Origin: the human T2T-CHM13v2.0 reference genome, Homo sapiens
Reading direction: 5' to 3' (one strand)
NCBI RefSeq assembly: GCF_009914755.1
Contig: NC_060925.1
DNA: 64,000 bases
The notes beneath the pieces were generated by a model. It was not told where the DNA came from and ran no database searches. It saw nothing but the letters and a program-made list of their open reading frames with translations. Shown here one piece after another: positions 1 through 13,090 of this stretch (position 1 is the stretch's first letter; every line of letters begins with the position of its first letter). Both the position numbers and the translations under genes were made by a program.

Positions 1-87
1 ACAGAGTTTAACTTTTCTTCTCATAGAGCAGTTAGGAAACACTCTGTTTGTAAAGTGTGCAAGTGGATATTCAGACCTCTTTGAGGC

Positions 88-104
88 CTTCGTTGGAAAC
101 GGGA
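88..104 (+). other. CENP-B box (first copy; recurs every ~340 bp across the window)
   Basis: CTTCGTTGGAAACGGGA is an exact match to the CENP-B box consensus YTTCGTTGGAARCGGGA. Further copies at 428, 1108, etc. D-type dimers carry ...CGGGT, which keeps the core NTTCGNNNNANNCGGGN. Confidence 0.97.
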
Positions 105-256
105 TTTCTTCATATTATGCTAGACAGAAAAATTCTCAGTAACTTCCTTGTGTTGTGTGTATTCAACTCACAGAGTTGAAGGATCCTTTACAGAGAGCAG
201 GCTTGAAACACTCTTTTTGTCGAATTTGCAAGTGGAGATTTCAGCCGCTTTGAGGT

Positions 257-273
257 CAATGGTAGAATAGGAA
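257..273 (+). other. A-type (pJalpha-box position) site of the non-CENP-B monomer; recurs every ~340 bp
   Basis: CAATGGTAGAA(A/T)AGGAA occupies the position homologous to the CENP-B box in alternate monomers. It is a degenerate match to the A-box, consistent with the A/B alternation of SF1 dimers. Confidence 0.6.
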
Positions 274-849
274 ATATCTTCTTATAGAAACTAGACAGAA
301 TGATTCTCATGAACTCCTTTGTGATGTGTGCGTTGAACTCACAGAGTTTAACCTTTCTTTTCATAGAGGAGTTAGGAAACACTCTGTTTGTAAAGTCTGC
401 AAGTGGATATTCAGACCTCCTTGAGGCCTTCGTTGGAAACGGGATTTCTTCATATTCTGCTAGACAGAAGAATTCTCAGTAACTTCCTTGTGTTGTGTTT
501 ATTCAACTCACAGAGTTGAATGATCCTTTACACAGAGCAGACTTGAAACACTCTTTTTGTGGAAATTGCAAGTGGAGATTTCAGCCGCTTTGAGGTCAAT
601 GGTAGAAAAGGAAATATCTTCGTATAAAGACTAGACAGAATGATTCTCAGAAACTCCTTTGTGATGTGTGCGTTCAACTCACAGAGTTTAACCTTTCTGT
701 TCATAGAGCAGTTAGGAAACACTCTGTTTGTAAAGTCTGCAAGTGGATATTCAGACCTCCTTGAGGCCTTCGTTGACAACGGGATTTCTTCATATTCTGC
801 TAGACAGAAGAATTCTCAGTAACTTCCTTGTGTTGTGTGTATTCAACTC

Positions 850-3800
850 ACAGAGTTGAACGATCCTTTACACAGAGCAGACTTGAAACACTCTTTCTGT
901 GGAATTTGCAAGTGGAGATTTCAACCGCTTTGAGGTCAATAGTAGAAAAGGAAATATCTTCGTAGAAAAACTAGACAGAATGATTCTCAGAAACTCCTTT
1001 GTGATGTGTGTGTTCAACTCACAGAGTTTAACCTTTCTTTTCATAGAGCAGTTAGTAAACACTCTGTTTATAAAGTCTGCAAGTGGATATTCAGACCCCT
1101 TTGAGGCCTTCGTTGGAAACGGGATTTCTTCATATTATGCTAGACAGAAGAATTCTCAGTAACTTCCTTGTGTTGTGTGTATTCAACTGACAGAGTTGAA
1201 CTTTCTTTTAGAGAGAGCAGATTTGAAACACTGTTTTTGTGGAATTTGCAACTGGAGATTTCAAGCGCTTTGGGGCCAAAGGCAGAAAAGGAAATATCTT
1301 CGTATAAAAACTAGACAGAATCATTCTCAGAAACTGCTGCGTGATGTGTGCGTTCAACTCTCAGAGTTTAACTTTTCTTTTCATTCAGCGGTTTGGAAAC
1401 ACTCTGTTTGTAAAGTCTGCACGTGGATATTTTGACCACTTAGAGGCCTTCGTTGGAAACGGGTTTTTTTCATGTAAGGCTAGACAGAAGAATTCCCAGT
1501 AACTTCCTTGTGTTGTGTGCATTCAACTCACAGAGTTGAACGTTCCCTTAGACAGAGCAGATTTGAAACACTCTATTTGTGCAATTTGCAAGTGTAGATT
1601 TCAAGCGCTTTAAGGTCAACGGCAGAAAAGGAAATATCTTCGTTTCAAAACTAGACAGAATCATTCCCACAAACTGCGTTGTGATGTGTTCGCTCAACTC
1701 ACAGAGTTTAACCTTTCTGTTCATAGAGCAGTTAGGAAACACTCTGTTTGTAAAGTCTGTAAGTGGATATTCTGACATCTTGTGGCCTTCGTTGGAAACG
1801 GGATTTCTTCATATTCTGCTAGACAGAAGAATTCTCAGTAACTTCCTTGTGTTGTGTGTATTCAACTCACAGAGTTGAACGATCCTTTACACAGAGCAGA
1901 CTTGAAACACTCTTTTTGTGGAATTTGCAAGTGGAGATTTCAGCCGCTTTGAGGTCAATGGTAGAAAAGGAAACTATCTTCATATAAAGACTAGACAGAA
2001 TGATTCTCAGAAAATCTTTTGTGATGTGTGCGTTCAACTCACAGAGTTTAACTTTTCTTCTCATAGAGCAGTTAGGAAACACTCTGTTTGTAAAGTGTGC
2101 AAGTGGATATTCAGACCTCTTTGAGGCCTTCGTTGGAAACGGGATTTCTTCATATTATGCTAGACAGAATAATTCTCAGTAACTTCCTTGTGTTGTGTGT
2201 ATTCAACTCACAGAGTTGAAGGATCCTTTACAGAGAGCAGGCTTGAAACACACTTTTTGTCGAATTTGCAAGCGGAGATTTCAGCCGCTTTGAGGTCAAT
2301 GGTAGAATAGGAAATATCTTCTTATAGAAACTAGACAGAATTATTCTCATGAACTCCTTTGTGATGTGTGCGTTGAACTCACAGAGTTTAACCTTTCTTT
2401 TCATAGAGCAGTTAGGAAACACTCTGTTTGTAAAGTCTGCAAGTGGATATTCAGACCTCCTTGAGGCCTTCGTTGGAAACGGGATTTCTTCATATTCTGC
2501 TAGACAGAAGAATTCTCAATAACTTCCTTGTGTTGTGTTTATTCAACTCACAGAGTTGAATGATCCTTTACACAGAGCAGACTTGAAACACTCTTTTTGT
2601 GGAAATTGCAAATGGAGATTTCAGCCGCTTTGAGGTCAATGGTAGAAAAGTAAATATCTTCGTATAAAGACTAGACAGAATGATTCTCAGAAACTCCTTT
2701 TTGATGTGTGCGTTCAACTCACAGAGTTTAACCTTTCTGTTCATAGAGCAGTTAGGAAACACTCTGTTTGTAAAGTCTGCAAGTGGATATTCAGACCTCC
2801 TAGAGGCCTTCGTTGAAAACGGGATTTCTTCATATTCTGCTAGACAGAAGAATTCTCAGTAACTTCCTTGTGTTGTGTGTATTCAACTCACAGAGTTGAA
2901 CGATCCTTTACACAGAGCAGACTTGAAACACTCTTTCTGTGGAATTTGCAAGTGGAGATTTCAGCCGCTTTGAGGTCAATAGTAGAAAAGGAAATATCTT
3001 CGTAGAAAAACTAGACAGAATGATTCTCAGAAACTCCTTTGTGATGTGTGTGTTCAACTCACAGAGTTTAACCTTTCTTTTCATAGAGCAGTTAGTAAAC
3101 ACTCTGTTTATAAAGTCTGCAAGTGGATATTCAGACCCCTTTGAGGCCTTCGTTGGAAACGGGATTTCTTCATATTATGCTAGACAGAAGAATTCTCAGT
3201 AACTTCCCTGTGTTGTGTGTATTCAACTGACAGAGTTGAACTTTCTTTTAGAGAGAGCAGATTTGAAACACTGTTTTTGTGGAATTTGCAACTGGAGATT
3301 TCAAGCGCTTTGGGGCCAAAGGCAGAAAAGGAAATATCTTCGTATAAAAACTAGACAGAATCATTCTCAGAAACTGCTGCGTGATGTGTGCGTTCAACTC
3401 TCAGAGTTTAACTTTTCTTTTCATTCAGCGGTTTGGAAACACTCTGTATGTAAAGTCTGCACGTGGATATTTTGACCACTTAGAGGCCTTCGTTGGAAAC
3501 GGGTTTTTTTCATGTAAGGCTAGACAGAAGAATTCCCAGTAACTTCCTTGTGTTGTGTGCATTCAACTCACAGAGTTGAACGTTCCCTTAGACAGAGCAG
3601 ATTTGAAACACTCTATTTGTGCAATTTGCAAGTGTAGATTTCAAGCGCTTTAAGGTCAACGGCAGAAAAGGAAATATCTTCGTTTCAAAACTAGACAGAA
3701 TCATTCCCACAAACTGCGTTGTGATGTGTTCGTTCAACTCACAGAGTTTAACCTTTCTGTTCATAGAGCAGTTAGGAAACACTCTGTTTGTAAAGTCTGT

Positions 3801-6800
3801 AAGTGGATATTCTGACATCTTGTGGCCTTCGTTGGAAACGGGATTTCTTCATATTCTGCTAGACAGAAGAATTCTCAGTAACTTCCTTGTGTTGTGTGTA
3901 TTCAACTCACAGAGTTGAACGATCCTTTACACAGAGCAGACTTGAAACACTCTTTTTGTGGAATTTGCAAGTGGAGATTTCAGCCGCTTTGAGGTCAATG
4001 GTAGAAAAGGAAACTATCTTCATATAAAGACTAGACAGAATGATTCTCAGAAACTCCTTTGTGATGTGTGTGTTCAACTCACAGAGTTTAACCTTTCTTT
4101 TCATAGAGCAGTTAGTAAACACTCTGTTTATAAAGTCTGCAAGTGGATATTCAGACCCCTTTGAGGCCTTCGTTGGAAACGGGATTTCTTCATATTATGC
4201 TAGACAGAAGAATTCTCAGTAACTTCCTTGTGTTGTGTGTATTCAACTGACAGAGTTGAACTTTCTTTTAGAGAGAGCAGATTTGAAACACTGTTTTTGT
4301 GGAATTTGCAACTGGAGATTTCAAGCGCTTTGGGGCCAAAGGCAGAAAAGGAAATATCTTCGTATAAAAACTAGACAGAATCATTCTCAGAAACTGCTGC
4401 GTGATGTGTGCGTTCAACTATCAGAGTTTAACTTTTCTTTTCATTCAGCGGTTTGGAAACACTCTGTTTGTAAAGTCTGCACGTGGATATTTTGACCACT
4501 TAGAGGCCTTCGTTGGAAACGGGTTTTTTTCATGTAAGGCTAGACAGAAGAATTCCCAGTAACTTCCTTGTGTTGTGTGCATTCAACTCACAGAGTTGAA
4601 CGTTCCCTTAGACAGAGCAGATTTGAAACGCTCTATTTGTGCAATTTGCAAGTGTAGATTTCAAGCGCTTTAAGGTCAACGGCAGAAAAGGAAATATCTT
4701 CGTTTCAAAATTAGACAGAATCATTCCCACAAACTGCGTTGTGATGTGTTCGTTCAACTCACAGAGTTTAACCTTTCTGTTCATAGAGCAGTTAGGAAAC
4801 ACTCTGTTTGTAAAGTCTGTAAGTGGATATTCTGACATCTTGTGGCCTTCGTTGGAAACGGGATTTCTTCATATTCTGCTAGACAGAAGAATTCTCAGTA
4901 ACTTCCTTGTGTTGTGTGTATTCAACTCACAGAGTTGAACGATCCTTTACACAGAGCAGACTTGAAACACTCTCTTTGTGGAATTTGCAAGTGGAGATTT
5001 CAGCCGCTTTGAGGTCAATGGTAGAAAAGGAAACTATCTTCATATAAAGACTAGACAGAATGATTCTCAGAAAATCTTTTGTGATGTGTGCGTTCAACTC
5101 ACAGAGTTTAACTTTTCTTCTCATAGAGCAGTTAGGAAACACTCTGTTTGTAAAGTCTGCAAGTGGATATTCAGCCCTCTTTGAGGCCTTCGTTGGAAAC
5201 GGGATTTCTTCATATTATGCTAGACAGAATAATTCTCAGTAACTTCCTTGTGTTGTGTGTATTCAACTCACCGAGTTGAAGGATCCTTTACAGAGAGCAG
5301 GCTTGAAACACTCTTTTTGTCGAATTTGCAAGTGGAGATTTCAGCCGCTTTGAGGTGAATGGTAGAATAGGAAATATCTTCTTATAGAAACTAGACAGAA
5401 TGATTCTCATAAACTCCTTTGTGATGTGTGCGTTCAACTCACAGAGTTTAACCTTTCTTTTCATAGAGCAGTTAGGAAACACTCTGTTTGTAAAGTCTGC
5501 AAGTGGATATTCAGACCTCCTTGAGGCCTTCGTTGGAAACGGGATTTCTTCATATTCTGCTAGACAGAAGAATTCTCAGTAACTTCCTTGTGTTGTGTTT
5601 ATTCAACTCACAGAGTTGAATGATCCTTTACACAGAGCAGACTTGAAACACTCTTTTTGTGGAATTTGCAAGTGGAGATTTCAGCCGCTTTGAGGTCAAT
5701 GGTAGAAAAGTAAATATCTTCGTATAAAGACTAGACAGAATGATTCTCAGAAACTCCTTTGTGATGTGTGCGTTCAACTCACAGAGTTTAACCTTTCTGT
5801 TCATAGAGCAGTTAGGAAACACTCTGTTTGTAAAGTCTGCAAGTGGATATTCAGACCTCCTTGAGGCCTTCGTTGGAAACGGGATTTCTTCATATTCTGC
5901 TAGACAGAAGAATTCTCAGTAACTTCCTTGTGTTGCGTGTATTCAACTCACAGAGTTGAACGATCCTTTACACAGAGCAGACTTGAAACACTCTTTTTGT
6001 GGAATTTGCAAGTGGAGATTTCTGCCGCTTTGAGGTCAATGGTAGAAAAGGAAATATCTTCGTATAAAGACTAGACAGAATGATTCTCAGAAACTCCTTT
6101 GTGATGTGTGCGTTCAACTCACAGAGTTTAACTTTTCTTTTCATAGAGCCGTTAGGAAACACTCTGTTTGTAAAGTCTGCAAGTGGATATTCAGACCTCT
6201 TTGAGGCCTTCGTTGGAAACGGGATTTCTTCATATTATGGTAGACAGAATAATTCTCAGTAACTTCCTTGTGTTGTGTGTATTCAACTCACAGAGTTGAA
6301 GGATCCTTTACAGAGAGCAGGCTTGAAACACTCTTTTTGTCGAATTTGCAAGTGGAGATTTCAGCCGCTTTGAGGTCAATGGTAGAATAGGAAATATTTT
6401 CTTATAGAAACTAGACAGAATGATTCTCATAAACTCCTTTGTGATGTGTGCGTTCAACTCACAGAGTTTAACCTTTCTTTTCATAGAGCAGTTAGGAAAC
6501 ACTCTGTTTGTAAAGTCTGCAAGTGGATATTCAGACCTCCTTGAGGCCTTGGTTGGAAACGGGATTTCTTCATATTCTGCTTGACAGAAGAATTCTCAGT
6601 AACTTCCTTGTGTTGTGTTTATTCAACTCACAGAGTTGAATGATCCTTTACACAGAGCAGACTTGAAACACTCTTTTTGTGGAATTTGCAAGTGGAGATT
6701 TCAGCCGCTTTGAGGTCAATGGTAGAAAAGGAAATATCTTCGTATAAAGACTAGACAGAATGATTCTCAGAAACTCCTTTGTGATGTGTGCATTCAACTC

Positions 6801-9800
6801 ACAGAGTTTAACTTTTCTTTTCATAGAGCAGTTAGGAAACACTCTGTTTGTAAAGTCTGCAAGTGGATATTCAGACCTCCTTGAGGCCTTCGTTGGAAAC
6901 GGGATTTCTTCATATTCTGCTAGACAGAATAATTCTCAGTAACTTCCTTGTGTTGTGTGTATTCAACTCACAGAGTTGAACGATCCTTTACACAGAGCAG
7001 ACTTGAAACACTCTTTCTGTGGAATTTGCAAGTGGAGATTTCAGCCGCTTTGAGGTCAATAGTAGAAAAGGAAATATCTTCGTAGAAAAACTAGACAGAA
7101 TGATTCTCAGAAACTCCTTTGTGATGTGTGTGTTCAACTCACAGAGTTTAACCTTTCTTTTCATAGAGCAGTTAGTAAACACTCTGTTTATAAAGTCTGC
7201 AAGTGGATATTCAGACCCCTTTGAGGCCTTCGTTGGAAACGGGATTTCTTCATATTATGCTAGACAGAAGAATTCTCAGTAACTTCCTTGTGTTGTGTGT
7301 ATTCAACTGACAGAGTTGAACTTTCTTTTAGAGAGAGCAGATTTGAAACACTGTTTTTGTGGAATTTGCAACTGGAGATTTCAAGCGCTTTGGGGCCAAA
7401 GGCAGAAAAGGAAATATCTTCGTATAAAAACTAGACAGAATCATTCTCAGAAACTGCTGCGTGATGTGTGCGTTCAACTCTCAGAGTTTAACTTTTCTTT
7501 TCATTCAGCGGTTTGGAAACACTCTGTTTGTAAAGTCTGCACGTGGATATTTTGACCACTTAGAGGCCTTCGTTGGAAACGGGTTTTTTTCATGTAAGGC
7601 TAGACAGAAGAATTCCCAGTAACTTCCTTGTGTTGTGTGCATTCAACTCACAGAGTTGAACGTTCCCTTAGACAGAGCAGATTTGAAACACTCTATTTGT
7701 GCAATTTGCAAGTGTAGATTTCAAGCGCTTTAAGGTCAACGGCAGAAAAGGAAATATCTTCGTTTCAAAACTAGACAGAATCATTCCCACAAACTGCGTT
7801 GTGATGTGTTCGCTCAACTCACAGAGTTTAACCTTTCTGTTCATAGAGCAGTTAGGAAACACTCTGTTTGTAAAGTCTGTAAGTGGATATTCTGACATCT
7901 TGTGGCCTTCGTTGGAAACGGGATTTCTTCATATTCTGCTAGACAGAAGAATTCTCAGTAACTTCCTTGTGTTGTGTGTATTCAACTCACAGAGTTGAAC
8001 GATCCTTTACACAGAGCAGACTTGAAACACTCTTTTTGTGGAATTTGCAAGTGGAGATTTCAGCCGCTTTGAGGTCAATGGTAGAAAAGGAAACTATCTT
8101 CATATAAAGACTAGACAGAATGATTCTCAGAAAATCTTTTGTGATGTGTGCGTTCAACTCACAGAGTTTAACTTTTCTTCTCATAGAGCAGTTAGGAAAC
8201 ACTCTGTTTGTAAAGTGTGCAAGTGGATATTCAGACCTCTTTGAGGCCTTCGTTGGAAACGGGATTTCTTCATATTATGCTAGACAGAATAATTCTCAGT
8301 AACTTCCTTGTGTTGTGTGTATTCAACTCACAGAGTTGAAGGATCCTTTACAGAGAGCAGGCTTGAAACACACTTTTTGTCGAATTTGCAAGCGGAGATT
8401 TCAGCCGCTTTGAGGTCAATGGTAGAATAGGAAATATCTTCTTATAGAAACTAGACAGAATGATTCTCATGAACTCCTTTGTGATGTGTGCGTTGAACTC
8501 ACAGAGTTTAACCTTTCTTTTCATAGAGCAGTTAGGAAACACTCTGTTTGTAAAGTCTGCAAGTGGATATTCAGACCTCCTTGAGGCCTTCGTTGGAAAC
8601 GGGATTTCTTCATATTCTGCTAGACAGAAGAATTCTCAATAACTTCCTTGTGTTGTGTTTATTCAACTCACAGAGTTGAATGATCCTTTACACAGAGCAG
8701 ACTTGAAACACTCTTTTTGTGGAAATTGCAAATGGAGATTTCAGCCGCTTTGAGGTCAATGGTAGAAAAGTAAATATCTTCGTATAAAGACTAGACAGAA
8801 TGATTCTCAGAAACTCCTTTTTGATGTGTGCGTTCAACTCACAGAGTTTAACCTTTCTGTTCATAGAGCAGTTAGGAAACACTCTGTTTGTAAAGTCTGC
8901 AAGTGGATATTCAGACCTCCTAGAGGCCTTCGTTGAAAACGGGATTTCTTCATATTCTGCTAGACAGAAGAATTCTCAGTAACTTCCTTGTGTTGTGTGT
9001 ATTCAACTCACAGAGTTGAACGATCCTTTACACAGAGCAGACTTGAAACACTCTTTCTGTGGAATTTGCAAGTGGAGATTTCAGCCGCTTTGAGGTCAAT
9101 AGTAGAAAAGGAAATATCTTCGTAGAAAAACTAGACAGAATGATTCTCAGAAACTCCTTTGTGATGTGTGTGTTCAACTCACAGAGTTTAACCTTTCTTT
9201 TCATAGAGCAGTTAGTAAACACTCTGTTTATAAAGTCTGCAAGTGGATATTCAGACCCCTTTGAGGCCTTCGTTGGAAACGGGATTTCTTTATATTATGC
9301 TAGACAGAAGAATTCTCAGTAACTTCCCTGTGTTGTGTGTATTCAACTGACAGAGTTGAACTTTCTTTTAGAGAGAGCAGATTTGAAACACTGTTTTTGT
9401 GGAATTTGCAACTGGAGATTTCAAGCGCTTTGGGGCCAAAGGCAGAAAAGGAAATATCTTCGTATAAAAACTAGACAGAATCATTCTCAGAAACTGCTGC
9501 GTGATGTGTGCGTTCAACTCTCAGAGTTTAACTTTTCTTTTCATTCAGCGGTTTGGAAACACTCTGTTTGTAAAGTCTGCACGTGGATATTTTGACCACT
9601 TAGAGGCCTTCGTTGGAAACGGGTTTTTTTCATGTAAGGCTAGACAGAAGAATTCCCAGTAACTTCCTTGTGTTGTGTGCATTCAACTCACAGAGTTGAA
9701 CGTTCCCTTAGACAGAGCAGATTTGAAACACTCTATTTGTGCAATTTGCAAGTGTAGATTTCAAGCGCTTTAAGGTCAACGGCAGAAAAGGAAATATCTT

Positions 9801-12800
9801 CGTTTCAAAACTAGACAGAATCATTCCCACAAACTGCGTTGTGATGTGTTCGTTCAACTCACAGAGTTTAACCTTTCTGTTCATAGAGCAGTTAGGAAAC
9901 ACTCTGTTTGTAAAGTCTGTAAGTGGATATTCTGACATCTTGTGGCCTTCGTTGGAAACGGGATTTCTTCATATTCTGCTAGACAGAAGAATTCTCAGTA
10001 ACTTCCTTGTGTTGTGTGTATTCAACTCACAGAGTTGAACGATCCTTTACACAGAGCAGACTTGAAACACTCTTTTTGTGGAATTTGCAAGTGGAGATTT
10101 CAGCCGCTTTGAGGTCAATGGTAGAAAAGGAAACTATCTTCATATAAAGACTAGACAGAATGATTCTCAGAAACTCCTTTGTGATGTGTGTGTTCAACTC
10201 ACAGAGTTTAACCTTTCTTTTCATAGAGCAGTTAGTAAACACTCTGTTTATAAAGTCTGCAAGTGGATATTCAGACCCCTTTGAGGCCTTCGTTGGAAAC
10301 GGGATTTCTTCATATTATGCTAGACAGAAGAATTCTCAGTAACTTCCTTGTGTTGTGTGTATTCAACTGACAGAGTTGAACTTTCTTTTAGAGAGAGCAG
10401 ATTTGAAACACTGTTTTTGTGGAATTTGCAACTGGAGATTTCAAGCGCTTTGGGGCCAAAGGCAGAAAAGGAAATATCTTCGTATAAAAACTAGACAGAA
10501 TCATTCTCAGAAACTGCTGCGTGATGTGTGCGTTCAACTATCAGAGTTTAACTTTTCTTTTCATTCAGCGGTTTGGAAACACTCTGTTTGTAAAGTCTGC
10601 ACGTGGATATTTTGACCACTTAGAGGCCTTCGTTGGAAACGGGTTTTTTTCATGTAAGGCTAGACAGAAGAATTCCCAGTAACTTCCTTGTGTTGTGTGC
10701 ATTCAACTCACAGAGTTGAACGTTCCCTTAGACAGAGCAGATTTGAAACGCTCTATTTGTGCAATTTGCAAGTGTAGATTTCAAGCGCTTTAAGGTCAAC
10801 GGCAGAAAAGGAAATATCTTCGTTTCAAAACTAGACAGAATCATTCCCACAAACTGCGTTGTGATGTGTTCGTTCAACTCACAGAGTTTAACCTTTCTGT
10901 TCATAGAGCAGTTAGGAAACACTCTGTTTGTAAAGTCTGTAAGTGGATATTCTGACATCTTGTGGCCTTCGTTGGAAACGGGATTTCTTCATATTCTGCT
11001 AGACAGAAGAATTCTCAGTAACTTCCTTGTGTTGTGTGTATTCAACTCACAGAGTTGAACGATCCTTTACACAGAGCAGACTTGAAACACTCTCTTTGTG
11101 GAATTTGCAAGTGGAGATTTCAGCCGCTTTGAGGTCAATGGTAGAAAAGGAAACTATCTTCATATAAAGACTAGACAGAATGATTCTCAGAAAATCTTTT
11201 GTGATGTGTGCGTTCAACTCACAGAGTTTAACTTTTCTTCTCATAGAGCAGTTAGGAAACACTCTGTTTGTAAAGTCTGCAAGTGGATATTCAGCCCTCT
11301 TTGAGGCCTTCGTTGGAAACGGGATTTCTTCATATTATGCTAGACAGAATAATTCTCAGTAACTTCCTTGTGTTGTGTGTATTCAACTCACCGAGTTGAA
11401 GGATCCTTTACAGAGAGCAGGCTTGAAACACTCTTTTTGTCGAATTTGCAAGTGGAGATTTCAGCCGCTTTGAGGTGAATGGTAGAATAGGAAATATCTT
11501 CTTATAGAAACTAGACAGAATGATTCTCATAAACTCCTTTGTGATGTGTGCGTTCAACTCACAGAGTTTAACCTTTCTTTTCATAGAGCAGTTAGGAAAC
11601 ACTCTGTTTGTAAAGTCTGCAAGTGGATATTCAGACCTCCTTGAGGCCTTCGTTGGAAACGGGATTTCTTCATATTCTGCTAGACAGAAGAATTCTCAGT
11701 AACTTCCTTGTGTTGTGTTTATTCAACTCACAGAGTTGAATGATCCTTTACACAGAGCAGACTTGAAACACTCTTTTTGTGGAATTTGCAAGTGGAGATT
11801 TCAGCCGCTTTGAGGTCAATGGTAGAAAAGTAAATATCTTCGTATAAAGACTAGACAGAATGATTCTCAGAAACTCCTTTGTGATGTGTGCGTTCAACTC
11901 ACAGAGTTTAACCTTTCTGTTCATAGAGCAGTTAGGAAACACTCTGTTTGTAAAGTCTGCAAGTGGATATTCAGACCTCCTTGAGGCCTTCGTTGGAAAC
12001 GGGATTTCTTCATATTCTGCTAGACAGAAGAATTCTCAGTAACTTCCTTGTGTTGCGTGTATTCAACTCACAGAGTTGAACGATCCTTTACACAGAGCAG
12101 ACTTGAAGCACTCTTTTTGTGGAATTTGCAAGTGGAGATTTCTGCCGCTTTGAGGTCAATGGTAGAAAAGGAAATATCTTCGTATAAAGACTAGACAGAA
12201 TGATTCTCAGAAACTCCTTTGTGATGTGTGCGTTCAACTCACAGAGTTTAACTTTTCTTTTCATAGAGCCGTTAGGAAACACTCTGTTTGTAAAGTCTGC
12301 AAGTGGATATTCAGACCTCTTTGAGGCCTTCGTTGGAAACGGGATTTCTTCATATTATGCTAGACAGAATAATTCTCAGTAACTTCCTTGTGTTGTGTGT
12401 ATTCAACTCACAGAGTTGAAGGATCCTTTACAGAGAGCAGGCTTGAAACACTCTTTTTGTCGAATTTGCAAGTGGAGATTTCAGCCGCTTTGAGGTCAAT
12501 GGTAGAATAGGAAATATCTTCTTATAGAAACTAGACAGAATGATTCTCATAAACTCCTTTGTGATGTGTGCGTTCAACTCACAGAGTTTAACCTTTCTTT
12601 TCATAGAGCAGTTAGGAAACACTCTGTTTGTAAAGTCTGCAAGTGGATATTCAGACCTCCTTGAGGCCTTGGTTGGAAACGGGATTTCTTCATATTCTGC
12701 TTGACAGAAGAATTCTCAGTAACTTCCTTGTGTTGTGTTTATTCAACTCACAGAGTTGAATGATCCTTTACAGAGAGCAGACTTGAAACACTCTTTTTGT

Positions 12801-13090
12801 GGAATTTGCAAGTGGAGATTTCAGCCGCTTTGAGGTCAATGGTAGAAAAGGAAATATCTTCGTATAAAGACTAGACAGAATGATTCTCAGAAACTCCTTT
12901 GTGATGTGTGCGTTCAACTCACAGAGTTTAACTTTTCTTTTCATAGAGCAGTTAGGAAACACTCTGTTTGTAAAGTCTGCAAGTGGATATTCAGACCTCC
13001 TTGAGGCCTTCGTTGGAAACGGGATTTCTTCATATTCTGCTAGACAGAATAATTCTCAGTAACTTCCTTGTGTTGTGTGTATTCAACTCA
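850..13090 (+). repeat. Tandem duplication, 2 x 6,120 bp (36 monomers: 12+6+18)
   Basis: Rare variants recur at exactly +6120: CGCTCAAC 1691/7811, AGCGGAG 2271/8391, AACTTCCCTG 3201/9321, CGTTCAACTA 4411/10531, CCGAGTTG 5271/11391, GGTTGGAAAC 6551/12671. Boundaries are approximate (+/-45 bp). Confidence 0.93.
1150..3189 (+). repeat. Representative 12-monomer (2040-bp) HOR unit: dimers D(1150-1489), E(1490-1828), F(1829-2169), A(2170-2509), B(2510-2849), C(2850-3189)
   Basis: Diagnostic motifs: D TGGGGCCAAAGGCAG; E CATTCCCACAAACTGCG; F GGAAACTATCTTCAT; A GGATCC...GTCGAATT; B TGTTTATTC...AAAGTAAAT; C AATAGTAG...GTTAGTAAAC. D recurs 2040 bp later (ORF 1175 to 3215). Letter labels are mine. Confidence 0.92.

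Noticed and set aside
1098-1135. Promoter, terminator or ncRNA gene calls from TATAAA-like words, T-runs and hairpins
   Set aside because: These short motifs are intrinsic to the AT-rich monomer. Alpha-satellite transcription is known in general, but no discrete transcription unit can be supported from the sequence.
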